The position numbers were made by a program, and so were the translations under genes. From the human T2T-CHM13v2.0 reference genome, Homo sapiens: 64,000 nucleotides of DNA. Of the stretch, positions 29,001 to 42,900 are shown in pieces. Below the pieces are notes generated by a model that had not been told where the DNA came from, made no database searches, and worked only from the letters and a program-made list of their open reading frames with translations. Each line of letters starts with the position of its first letter. Position 1 is the first letter of the stretch. Location of the stretch: the NCBI RefSeq assembly GCF_009914755.1, contig NC_060925.1. One strand, given 5' to 3'.

Positions 29001-32000
29001 AGGGATCATTATTGAATGGAATTGAATGGAATCATCGAATGGTCTCGATTGGAATCATTATCAAATGTAATCGAATGGAATCACCGAATAGAATCGAATG
29101 GAACAATCATCGAATGGACTCAAATGGAATTTTCCTCAAATGGAATCGAATGGAATTATCGAATGCAATCGAATGGAATTATCGAATGCAATCGAATAGA
29201 ATCATCGAATGGACTCGAATGGAATCATCGAATGGAATGGAATGGAACAGTCAATGAACTCGAATGGAATCATCATTGAATGGAATCGAATGGAATCATC
29301 GAGTGGAATCGAATGTAATCATCATCAAATGGAATCAAAAATAACCATCATCAAATGGAATCAAAAATAACCATCATCAATTGGTATTGAATGGAATTCT
29401 CATCAAATGGAATTCAAAGGAATCATCATCAAATGGAACCGAATGGAATCCTCGTTGAATGGAAATGAAAGGGGTCATCATCTAATGGAATCGCATGGAA
29501 TCATCATAAAATGGAATCGAATGGAATCAACATCAAATGGAATCAAATGGAATCATTGAACGGAATTGAATGGAATCGTCATCGAATGAATTGAATGCAA
29601 TCATCGAATGGTCTCGAATGGAATCATCTTCAAATGGAATGGAATGGAATCATCGCATAGAATCGAAAGGAATTATCATCGAATGGAATCGAATGGAATC
29701 AACAACAAACGGAAAAAAACGGAATTATCGAATGGAATCGAAGAGAATCATCGAATGGACCCGAATGGAATCATCTAATGGAATGGAATGGAATAATCCA
29801 TGGACTCGAATGCAATCATCATCGAATGGAATCGAATGGAATCATCGAATGGACTCGAATGGAATAATCATTGAACGGAATCGAATGGAATCATCATCGG
29901 ATGGAAACGAATGGAATCATCATCGAATGGAATCGAATAGAATTATGGAATGAAATCCAGTGTGATCATCATCGAATGGACCCGAATGGAATCATCATCC
30001 AACGGAAGCTAATGGAATCAACATCGAATGAATCAAATGGAAACACCATCGAATAGAAACGAATGGAATTACCATGAAATTGAAATGGATGGACTCATCA
30101 TCAAATGGATTCGAATGGAATCATCGAATAAAATTGATTGAAATCATCATCGAATGGAATCGAATGGTATCATTGAATGGAATCGAATGGAATCATCATC
30201 AGATGGAAATGAATGGAATCGTCATAGAATGGAATCGAATGGATTCATTGAATGGAATCAGATGGAATCATTGAATGGACTGGAATGGAATCATTGAATG
30301 GACTCGAAAGAGATCATTATTGAATGGAATTGAATGGAATCATCGAATGGTCTCGATAGGAATCATTATCAAATGGAATCGAATGGAATCACCGAATAGA
30401 ATCGAATGGAACAATCATCGAATGGACTCAAATGGAATTATCCTCTAATGGAATCGAATGAAATTATCGAATGCAATCGAATGGAATTATCGAATGCAAT
30501 CGAATAGAATCATCGAATGGACTCGAATGGAATCATCGAATGGAATGGAATGGAACAGTCAATGAACTCGAATGGAATCATCATTGAATGGAATCGAATG
30601 GAATCATCGAGTGGAATCGAAAGGAATTATGACCAAATGGAATCGAATGTAATCATCATCAAATGGAATCAAAAATAAATATCATCAATTGGTATTGAAT
30701 GGAATTGTCATCAAATGGAATTCAAAGGAATCATCATCAAATGGAACCGAATGGAATCCTCATTGAATGGAAATGAAAGGGGTCATCATCTAATGGAATC
30801 GCATGGAATCATCATCAAATGGAATCGAATGGAATCATCATCAAATGGAATCAAATGGAATCATTGAAAAGAATTGAATGGAATAGTCATCGAATGAATT
30901 GAATGCAATCATCGAATGGTCTCGAATGGATACATCTTCTAATGGAAAGGAATGGAATCATCGCATAGAATCGAATGGAATTACCATCGAATGGAATCGA
31001 ATGGTATCAACACCAAACGGAAAAAAACGGAATTATCGAATGGAATCGAAGAGAATCTTCGAACGGACCCGAATGGAATCATCTAATGGAATGGAATGGA
31101 ATAATCCATGGACTCGAATGCAATCATCATCGAATGGAATCGAATGGAATCATCGAATGGACTCGAATGGAATAATCATTGAACGGAATCGAATGGAATC
31201 ATCATCGGATGGAAACGAATGGAATCATCACCGAATGGAAATGAAAGGAGTCATCATCTAATGGAATTGCATGGAATCATCATCAAATGGAATCGAATGG
31301 AATCAACATCAAATGGAATCAAATGGAATCATTGAACGGAATTGAATGGAATCGTCATCGAATGAATTGAATGCAATCATCGAATGGTCTCGAATGGAAT
31401 CATCTTCAAATGGAATGGAATGGAATCATCGCATAGAATCGAATGGAATTATCATCGAATGGAATCGAATGGAATCAACATCAAACGGAAAAAAACGGAA
31501 TTATCGAATGGAATCGAAGAGAATCATCGAATGGACCCGAATGGAATCATCTAATGGAATGGAATGGAATAATCCATGGACTCGAATGCAATCATCATCG
31601 AATGGAATCGAATGGAATCATCGAATGGACTCGAATGGAATAATCATTGAACGGAATCGAATGGAATCGTCATCGGATGGAAATGAATGGAATCATCATC
31701 GAATGGAATCGAATACAATTATGGAATGAAATCCAGTGTGATCATCATCGAATGGACCCGAATGGAATCATCATCCAACGGAAGCTAATGGAATCAACAT
31801 CGAATGAATCCAATGGAAACACCATCGAATTGAAACGAATGGAATTACCATGAAATTGAAATGGATGGACTCATCATCGAATGGATTCGAATGGAATCAT
31901 CGAATAAAATTGATTGAAATCATCATCGAATGGTATCGAATGGTATCATTGAATGGAATCGAATGGAATCATCCTCAGATGGAAATGAATGGAATCGTCA

Positions 32001-35000
32001 TAGAATGGAATCGAATGGATTCATTGAATGGAATCAGATGGAATCATCGAATGGACTGGAATGGAATCATTGAATGGACTCAAAAGGGATCATTATTGAA
32101 TGGAATTGAATGGAATCATCGAATGGTCCCGATTGGAATCATTATCAAATGGAATCGAATGGAATCACCGAATAGAATCGAATGGAACAATCATCGAATG
32201 GACTCAAATGGAATTATCCTCAAATGGAATCGAATGGAATTATCGAATGCAATCGAATGGAATTATCGAATGCAATCGAATAGAATCATCGAATGGACTC
32301 GAATGGAATCATCGAATGCAATGGAATGGAACAGTCAATGAACTCGAATGGAATCATCATTGAATGCAATCGAATGGAATCATCGAGTGGAATCGAATGG
32401 AATTATGATCAAATGGAATCGAATGTAATCATCATCAAATGGAATCAAAAATAACCATCATCAATTGGTATTGAATGGAATTCTCATCAAATGGAATTCA
32501 AAGGAATCATCATCAAATGGAACTGAATGGAATCCTCATTGAATGGAAATGAAAGGGGTCATCATCTAATGGAATCGCATGGAATCATCATCAAATGGAA
32601 TCGAATGGAATCATCATCAAATGGAATCAAATGGAATCATTGAACGGAATTGAATGGAATCGTCATCGAATGAATTGAATGCAATCATCAAATGGTCTCG
32701 AATGGAATCATCTTCAAATGGAATGGAATGGAATCATCGCATAGAATCGAATGGAATTATCATCGAATGGAATCGAATGGTATCAACATCAAACGGAAAA
32801 AAACGGAATTATCGAATGGAATCGAAGAGAATCTTCGAACGGACCCGAATGGAATCATCTAATGGAATGGAATGGAATAATCCATGGACTCGAATGCAAT
32901 CATCATCGAATGGAATCGAATGGAATCACTGAATGGACTCGAATGGAATAATCATTGAACGGAATCGAATGGAATCATCATCGGATGGAAATAAATGGAA
33001 TGATCATCGAATGGAATCGAATAGAATTATGGAATGAAATCCAGTGTGATCATCATCGAATGGACCCGAATGGAATCATCATCCAACGGAAGCAAATGGA
33101 ATCAACATCGAATGAATCGAATGGAAACACCATCGAATTGAAACGAATGGAATTATCATGAAATTGAAATGGATGGACCCATCATCGAATGGATTCGAAT
33201 GGAATCATCGAATAAAATTGATTGAAATCATCATCAAATGGAATCGAATGGTGTCATTGAATGGGATCGAATGGAATCATCGTCAGATGGAAATGAATGG
33301 AATCGTCATAGAATGGAATCGAATGGATTCATTGAATGGAATCAGATGGAATCATCGAATGGACTGGAATGGAATCATTGAATGGACTCGAATGGAATCA
33401 TTATTGAATGGAATTGAATGGAATCATCGAATGGTCTCGATTGGAATCATTATCAAATGGAATCGAATGGAATCACCGAATAGAATCGAATGGAACAATC
33501 ATCGAATGGACTCAAATGGAATTATCCTCAAATGGAATGGAATGGAATTATCGAATGCAATCGAATGGAATTATCGAATGCAATCGAATAGAATCATCGA
33601 ATGGACTCGAATGGAATCATCGAATGGAATGGAATGGAACAGTCAATGAACTCGAATGGAATCATCATTGAATGGAATCGAATGGAATCATCGAGTGGAA
33701 TCGAATGGAATTATGATCAAATGGAATCGAATGTAATCCTCATCAAATGGAATCAAAAATAACCATCATCAATTGGTATTGAATGGAATTGTCATCAAAT
33801 GGAATTCAAAGGAATCATCATCAAATGGAACCGAATGGAATCCTCATTGAATGGAAATGAAAGTGGTCATCATCTAATGGAATCGCATGGAATCATCATC
33901 AAATGGAATCGAATGGAATCATCATCAAATGGAATCTAATGGAATCATTGAACAGAATTGAATGGAATTGTCATCGAATGAATTGAATGCAATCATCGAA
34001 TGGTCTCGAATGGAATCATCTTCAAATGGAAAGGAATGGAATCATCGCATAGAATCGAATGGAATTATCATCGAATGGAATCCAATGGTATCAACATCAA
34101 ACGGAAAAAAACGGAATTATGGAATGGAATCGAAGAGAATCTTCGAACGGACCCGAATGGAATCATCTAATGGAATGGAATGGAATAATCCATGGACTCG
34201 AATGCAATCATCATCGAATGGAATCGAATGGAATCATCGAATGGACTCGAATGGAATAATCATTGAATGGAATCGAATGGAATCATCTTCGGATGGAAAC
34301 GAATGGAATCATCATCGAATGGAAATCAAAGGAGTCATCATCTAATGGAATTGCATGGAATCATCATAAAATGGAATCGAATGGAATCAACATCAAATGG
34401 AATCAAATGGAATCATTGATCGGAATTGAATGGAATCGTCATCGAATGAATTCAATGCAATCATCGAATGGTCTCGAATGGAATCATCTTCAAATGGAAT
34501 GGAATGGAATCATCGCATAGAATCGAGTGGAATTATCATCGAATGGAGTCGAATGGAATCAACATCAAACGGAAAAAAACGGAATTATCGAATGGAATCG
34601 AAGAGAATCTTCGAACGGACCCGAATGGAATCACCTAATGGAATGGAATGGAATAATCCATGTACTCGAATGCAATCATCATCGAATGGAATCGAATGGA
34701 ATCATCAAATGGACTCGAATGGAATAATCATTCAACGGAATCGAATGGAATCATCATCGGATGGAAATGAATTGAATCATCATCCAACGGAAGCTAATGG
34801 AATCAACATCGAATGTATCGAATGGAAACACCATCGAATTGAAACGAATGGAATTATCATGAAATTGAAATGGATGGACTCATCATCGAATGGATTCGAA
34901 TGGAATCATCGAATAAAATTGATTGAAATCATCATCCAATGGAATCGAATGGTATCATTGAATGGAATCGAATGGAATCATCATCAGATGGAAATGAATG

Positions 35001-36785
35001 GAATCGTCATAGAATGGAATCGAATGGATTCATTGAATGGAATCAGATGGAATCATCGAATGGACTGGAATGGAATCATCGAATGGACTCGAAAGGGATC
35101 ATTATTGAATGGAATTGAATGGAATCATCGAATGGTCTCGATTGGAATCATTATCAAATGGAATCGAATGGAATCACCGAATAGAATCGAATGGAACAAT
35201 CATCGAATGGACTCAAATGGAATTATCCTCCAATGGAATCGAATGGAATTATCGAATGCAATCGAATGGAATTATCGAATGCAATCGAATAGAATCATCG
35301 AATGGACTCGAATGGAATCATCGAATGGAATGGAATGGAACAGTCAATGAACTCGAATGGAATCATCATTGAATGGAATCGAATGGAATCATCGAGTGGA
35401 ATCGAATGGAAATATGATCAAATGGAATCGAATATAATCATCATCAAATGGAATCAAAAATAACCATCATCAATTGGTATTGAATGGAATTCTCATCAAA
35501 TGGAATTCAAAGGAATCATCATCAAATGGAACTGAATGGAATCCTCATTGAATGGAAATGAAAGGGGTCATCATCTAATGGAATCGCATGGAATCATCAT
35601 CAAATGGAATCGAATGGAATCATCATCAAATGGAATCTGATGGAATCATTGAACAGAATTGAATGGAATCGTCATCGAATGAATTGAATGCAATCATCGA
35701 ATGGTCTCGAATGTAATCACATTCTAATGGAAAGGAATGGAATCATCGCATAGAATCGAATGGAATTAACATTGAATGGACTCGAATGGAATCAACATCA
35801 AACGGAATCAAGCGGAATTATCGAATGGAATCGAAGAGAATCATCGAATGGTCTCGAATGGAATCATCTTCTAATGGAAAGGAATGGAATCATCGCATAG
35901 AATCGAATGGAATTAACATTGAATGGACTCGAATGGAATCAACATCAAATGGAATCAAGCGGAATTATCGAATGAAATCGAAGAGAATCATCGAATGGAC
36001 TCGAATGGAATCATCTAATGGAATGGAATGGAATAATCCACGGACTCGAATGCAATCATCATCGTATAGAATCGAATGGAATCATCGAATGGACTCGAAT
36101 GGAATAACCATTGAACGGAATCGAATGGAATCATCATCGGATGGAAACGAATGGAATCATCATCGAATGGAAATGTAAGGAGTCATCATCTAATGGAATT
36201 GCATGGAATCATCATAAAATGGAATCGAATGGAATCATCATCAAATGGAATCAAATGGAATCATTGAACGGAATTGAATGGAATCCTCATCGAATGAATT
36301 GAATGCAATCATCGAATGGTCTCGAATGGAATCATCTTCAAATGGAATGGAATGGAATCATCGCATAGAATCGAATGGAATTATCATCGAATGGAATCGA
36401 ATGGTATCAACATCAAACGGAAAAAAACGGAATTATCGAATGGAATCGAAGAGAATCTTCGAACGGACCCGCATGGAATCATCTAATGGAATGGAATGGA
36501 ATAATCCATGGACTCGAATGCAATCATCATCGAATGGAATCGAATGGAATCATCGAATGGACTCGAATGGAATAATCAATCATTGAACGGAATCGAATGG
36601 AATCATCATCGGATGGAAATGAATGGAATCATCATCGAATGGAATCGAATAGAATTATGGAATGAAATCCAGTGTGATCATCATCGAATGGACCCGAATG
36701 GAATCATCATCCAACGGAAGCTATTGGAATCAACATCGAATGAATCGAATGGAAACACCATCGAATTGAAACGAATGGAATTATC

Positions 36786-39003
36786 ATGAAATTGAAATGG
36801 ATGGACTCATCATCGAATGGATTCGAATGGAATCATCGAATAAAATTGATTGAAATCATCATCGAATGGAATCGAATGGTATCATTGAATGGAATCGAAT
36901 GGAATCATCATCAGATGGAAATGAATGGAATCGTCATAGAATGGAATCGAATGGATTCATTGAATAGAATCAGATGGAATCATCGAATGGACTGGAATGG
37001 AATCATTGAATGGACTCGAAAGGGATCATTATTGAATGGAATTGAATGGAATCATCGAATGGTCTCGATTGGAATCATTATCAAATGGAATCGAATGGAA
37101 TCACCGAATAGAATCGAATGGAACAATCATCGAATGGACTCAAATGGAATTATCTTCAAATGGAATGGAATGGAATTATCGAATGCAATCGAATGGAATT
37201 ATCGAATGCAATCGAATAGAATCATCGAAAGGACTCGAATGGAATCATCGAATGGAATGGAATGGAACAGTCAATGAACTCGAATGGAATCATCATTGAA
37301 TGGAATCGAATGGAATCATCGAGTGGAATCGAATGGAATTATGATCAAATGGAATCGAATGTAATCATCATCAAATGGAATCAAAAATAACCATCATCAA
37401 TTGGTATTGAATGGAATTGTCATCAAATGGAATTCAAAGGAATCATCATCAAATGGAACCGAATGGAATCCTCATTGAATGGAAATGAAAGGGGTCATCA
37501 TCTAATGGAATCGCATGGAATCATCATCAAATGGAATCGAATGGAATCATCATCAAATGGAATCTAATGGAATCATTGAAAAGAATTGAATGGAATCATC
37601 ATCGAATGAATTGAATGCAATCATCGAATGGTCTCGAATGGAATCATCTTCTAATGGAAAGGAATGGAATCATCGCATAGAATCGAATGGAATTATCATC
37701 GAATGGAATCGAATGGTATCAACACCAAACGGAAAAAAACGGAATTATCGAATGGAATCGAAGAGAATCTTCGAACGGACCCGAATGGAATCATCTAATG
37801 GAATGGAATGGAATAATCCATGGACTCGAATGCAATCATCATCGAATGGAATCGAATGGAATCATCGAATGGACTCGAATGGAATAATCATTGAACGGAA
37901 TCGAATGGAATCATCATCGGATGGAAACGAATGGAATCATCATCGAATGGAAATGAAAGGAGTCATCATCTAATGGAATTGCATGGAATCATCATAAAAT
38001 GGAATCGAATGGAATCAACATCAAATGGAATCAAATGGAATCATTGAACGGAATTGAATGGAATCGTCATCGAATGAATTGACTGCAATCATCGAATGGT
38101 CTCGAATGGAATCATCTTCAAATGGAATGGAATGGAATCATCGCATAGAATCGAATGGAATTATCATCGAATGGAATCGAATGGAATCAACATCAAACGG
38201 AAAAAAACGGAATTATCGAATGGAATCGAAGAGAATCATCGAATGGACCCGAATGGAATCATCTAATGGAATGGAATGGAATAATCCATGGACTCGAATG
38301 CAATCATCATCGAATGGAATCGAATGGAATCATCGAATGGACTCGAATGGAATAATCATTGAACGGAATCGAATGGAATCATCATCGGATGGAAATGAAA
38401 GGAGTCATCATCTAATGGAATTGCATGGAATCATCATAAAATGGAATCGAATGGAATCAACATCAAATGGAATCAAATGGAATCATTGAACGGAATTGAA
38501 TGGAATCGTCATCGAATGAATTGAATGCAATCATCGAATGGTCTCGAATGGAATCATCTTCAAATGGAATGGAATGGAATCATCGCATAGGATCGAATGG
38601 AATTATCATCGAATGGAATCGAATGGAATCAACATCAAACGGAAAAAAACGGAATTATCGAATGGAATCGAAGAGAATCATCGAATGGACCCGAATGGAA
38701 TCATCTAATGGAATGGAATGGAATAATCCATGGACTCGAATGCAATCATCATCGAATGGAATCGAATGGAATCATCGAATGGACTCGAATGGAATAATCA
38801 TTGAACGGAATCGAATGGAATCATCATCGGATGGAAATGAATGGAATCATCATCGAATGGAATCGAATAGAATTATGGAATGAAATCCAGTGTGATCATC
38901 ATCGAATGGACCCGAATGGAATCATCATCCAACGGAAGCTAATGGAATCAACATCGAATGAATCAAATGGAAACACCATCGAATTGAAACGAATGGAATT
39001 ACC
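36786..39003 (+). repeat. 2218-bp long unit (extra 442-bp module), example
   Basis: Module starts 37590, 38058, 38500 (468, then 442); junction CGGATGGAAATGAAAGGAGTC. Same class at 42183, 44399, 52385, 55902, 58120. Confidence 0.88.
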
Positions 39004-39754
39004 ATGAAATTGAAATGGATGGACTCATCATCGAATGGATTCGAATGGAATCATCGAATAAAATTGATTGAAATCATCATCGAATGGAATCGAATGGTAT
39101 CATTGAATGGAATCGAATGGAATCATCATCAGATGGAAATGAATGGAATCGTCATAGAATGGAATCGAATGGATTCATTGAATGGAATCAGATGGAATCA
39201 TCGAATGGACTGGAATGGAATCATTGAATGGACTCGAAAGGGATCATTATTGAATGGAATTGAATGGAATCATCGAATGGTCTCGATTGGAATCATTATC
39301 AAACGGAATCGAATGGAATCACCGAATAGAATCGAATGGAACAATCATCGAATGGACTCAAATGGAATTATCCTCAAATGGAATCGAATGGAATTATCGA
39401 ATGCAATCGAATGGAATTATCGAATGCAATCGAATAGAATCATCGAATGGACTCGAATGGAATCATCGAATGGAATGGAATGGAACAGTCAATGAACTCG
39501 AATGGAATCATCATTGAATGGAATCGAATGGAATCATCGAGTGGAATCGAATGTAATCATCATCAAATGGAATCAAAAATAACCATCATTAAATGGAATC
39601 AAAAATAACCATCATCAATTGGTATTGAATGGAATTCTCATCAAATGGAATTCAAAGGAATCATCATCATATGGAACCGAATGGAATCCTCATTGAATGG
39701 AAATGAAAGGGGTTATCATCTAATGGAATCGCATGGAATCATCATAAAATGGAA

Positions 39755-39948
39755 TCGAATGGAATCAACATCAAATGGAATCAAATGGAATCATTGAACG
39801 GAATTGAATGGAATCGTCATCGAATGAATTGAATGCAATCATCGAATGGTCTCGAATGGAATCAACATCAAATGGAATCAAATGGAATCATTGAACGGAA
39901 TTGAATGGAATCGTCATCGAATGAATTGAATGCAATCATCGAATGGTC
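39755..39948 (+). repeat. 97-bp tandem duplication (1405-bp unit)
   Basis: TCGAATGGAATCAACATCAAATGG at 39755 and 39852; unit length 1308+97. Confidence 0.85.
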
Positions 39949-42900
39949 TCGAATGGAATCATCTTCAAATGGAATGGAATGGAATCATCGCATAGAATCG
40001 AATGGAATTATCATCGAATGGAATCGAATGGAATCAACATCAAACGGAAAAAAACGGAATTATCGAATGGAATCGAAGAGAATCATCGAATGGACCCGAA
40101 TGGAATCATCTAATGGAATGGAATGGAATAATCCATGGACTCGAATGCAATCATCATCGAATGGAATCGAATGGAATCATCGAATGGACTCGAATGGAAT
40201 AATCATTGAACGGAATCGAATGGAATCATCATCGGATGGAAACGAATGGAATCATCATCGAATGGAATCAAATAGAATTATGGAATGAAATCCAGTGTGA
40301 TCATCATCGAATGGACCCGAATGGAATCATCATCCAACGGAAGCTAATGGAATCAACATCGAATGAATCAAATGGAAACACCATCGAATTGAAACGAATG
40401 GAATTACCATGAAATTGAAATGGATGGACACATCATCAAATGGATTCGAATGGAATCATCGAATAAAATTGATTGAAATCATCATCGAATGGAATTGAAT
40501 GGTATCATTGAATGGAATCGAATGGAATCATCATCAGATGGAAATGAATGGAATCGTCATAGAATGGAATCGAATGGATTCATTGAATGGAATCAGATGG
40601 AATCATGGAATGGACTGGAATGGAATCATTGAATGGACTCGAAAGGGATCATTATTGAATGGAATTGAATGGAATCATCGAATGGTCTCGATTGGAATCA
40701 TTATCAAATGGAATCGAATGGAATCACCGAATAGAATCGAATGGAACAATCATCGAATGGACTCAAATGGAATTATCCTCCAATGGAATCGAATGGAATT
40801 ATCGAATGCAATCGAATGGAATTATCGAATGCAATCGAATAGAATCATCGAATGGACTCGAATGGAATCATCGAATGGATTGATGGAACAGTCAATGAAC
40901 TCGAATGGAATCATCATTGAATGGAATCGAATGGAATCATCGAGTGGAATCGAAAGGAATTATGACCAAATGGAATCGAATGTAATCATCATCAAATGGA
41001 ATCCAAAATAACCATCATCAATTGGTATTGAATGGAATTGTCATCAAATGGAATTCAAAGGAATCATCATCAAATGGAACCGAATGGAATCCTCATTGAA
41101 TGGAAATGAAAGGGGTCATCATCTAATGGAATCGCATGGAATCATCATCAAATGGAATCGAATGGAATCATCATCAAATGGAATCAAATGGAATCATTGA
41201 ACAGAATTGAATGGAATGGTCATCGAATGAGTTGAATGCAATCATCGAATGGTCTCGAATGGAATCATCTTCTAATGGAAAGGAATGGAATCATCGCATA
41301 GAATCGAATGGAATTATCATCGAATGGAATCGAATGGTATCAACACCAAACGGAAAAAAACGGAATTATCGAATGGAATCGAAGAGAATCTTCGAACGGA
41401 CCCGAATGGAATCATCTAATGGAATGGAATGGAATAATCCATGGACTCGAATGCAATCATCATCGAATGGAATCGAATGGAATCATCGAATGGACTCGAA
41501 TGGAAAAATCATTGAACGGAATCCAATGGAATCATCATCAGATGGAAACGAATGGAATCATCATCGAATGGAAATGAAAGGAGTCATCATCTAATGGAAT
41601 TGCATGGAATCATCATAAAATGGAATCGAATGGAATCAACATCAAATGGAATCAAATGGAATCATTGAACGGAATTGAATGGAATCGTCATCGAATGAAT
41701 TGACTGCAATCATCGAATGGTCTCGAATGGAATCATCTTCAAATGTAATGGAATGGAATCATCGCATAGAATCGAATGGAATTATCATCGAATGGAATCG
41801 AATGGAATCAACATCAAACGGAAAAAAACGGAATTATCGAATGGAATCGAAGAGAATCATCGAATGGACCCGAATGGAATCATCTAATGGAATGGAATGG
41901 AATAATCCATGGACTCGAATGCAATCATCATCGAATGGAATCGAATGGAATCATCGAATGGACTCGAATGGAATAATCATTGAACGGAATCGAATGGAAT
42001 CATCATCGGATGGAAATGAATGGAATCATCATCGAATGGAATCAAATAGAATTATGGAATGAAATCCAGTGTGATCATCATCGAATGGACCCGAATGGAA
42101 TCATCATCCAACGGAAGCTAATGGAATCAACATCGAATGAATCAAATGGAAACACCATCGAATTGAAACGAATGGAATTACCATGAAATTGAAATGGATG
42201 GACTCATCATCAAATGGATTCGAATGGAATCATCGAATAAAATTGATTGAAATCATCATCAAATGGAATCGAATGGTATCATTGAATGGAATCGAATGGA
42301 ATCATCATCAGATGGAAATGAATGGAATCGTCATAGAATGGAATCGAATGGATTCATTGAATGGAATCAGATGGAATCATTGAATGGACTGGAATGGAAT
42401 CATTGAATGGACTCGAAAGGGATCATTATTGAATGGAATTGAATGGAATCATCGAATGGTCTCGATTGGAATCATTATCAAATGGAATCGAATGGAATCA
42501 CCGAATAGAATCGAATGGAACAATCATCGAATGGACTCAAATGGAATTATCCTGCAATGGAATCGAATGGAATTATCGAATGCAATCGAATGGAATTATC
42601 GAATGCAATCGAATAGAATCATCGAATGGACTCGAATGGAATCATCGAATGGAATGATGGAACAGTCAATGAACTCGAATGGAATCATCATTGAATGGAA
42701 TCGAATGGAATCATCGAGTGGAATCGAAAGGAATTATGACCAAATGGAATCGAATGTAATCATCATCAAATGGAATCCAAAATAACCATCATCAATTGGT
42801 ATTGAATGGAATTGTCATCAAATGGAATTCAAAGGAATCATCATCAAATGGAACCGAATGGAATCCTCATTGAATGGAAATGAAAGGGGTCATCATCTAA

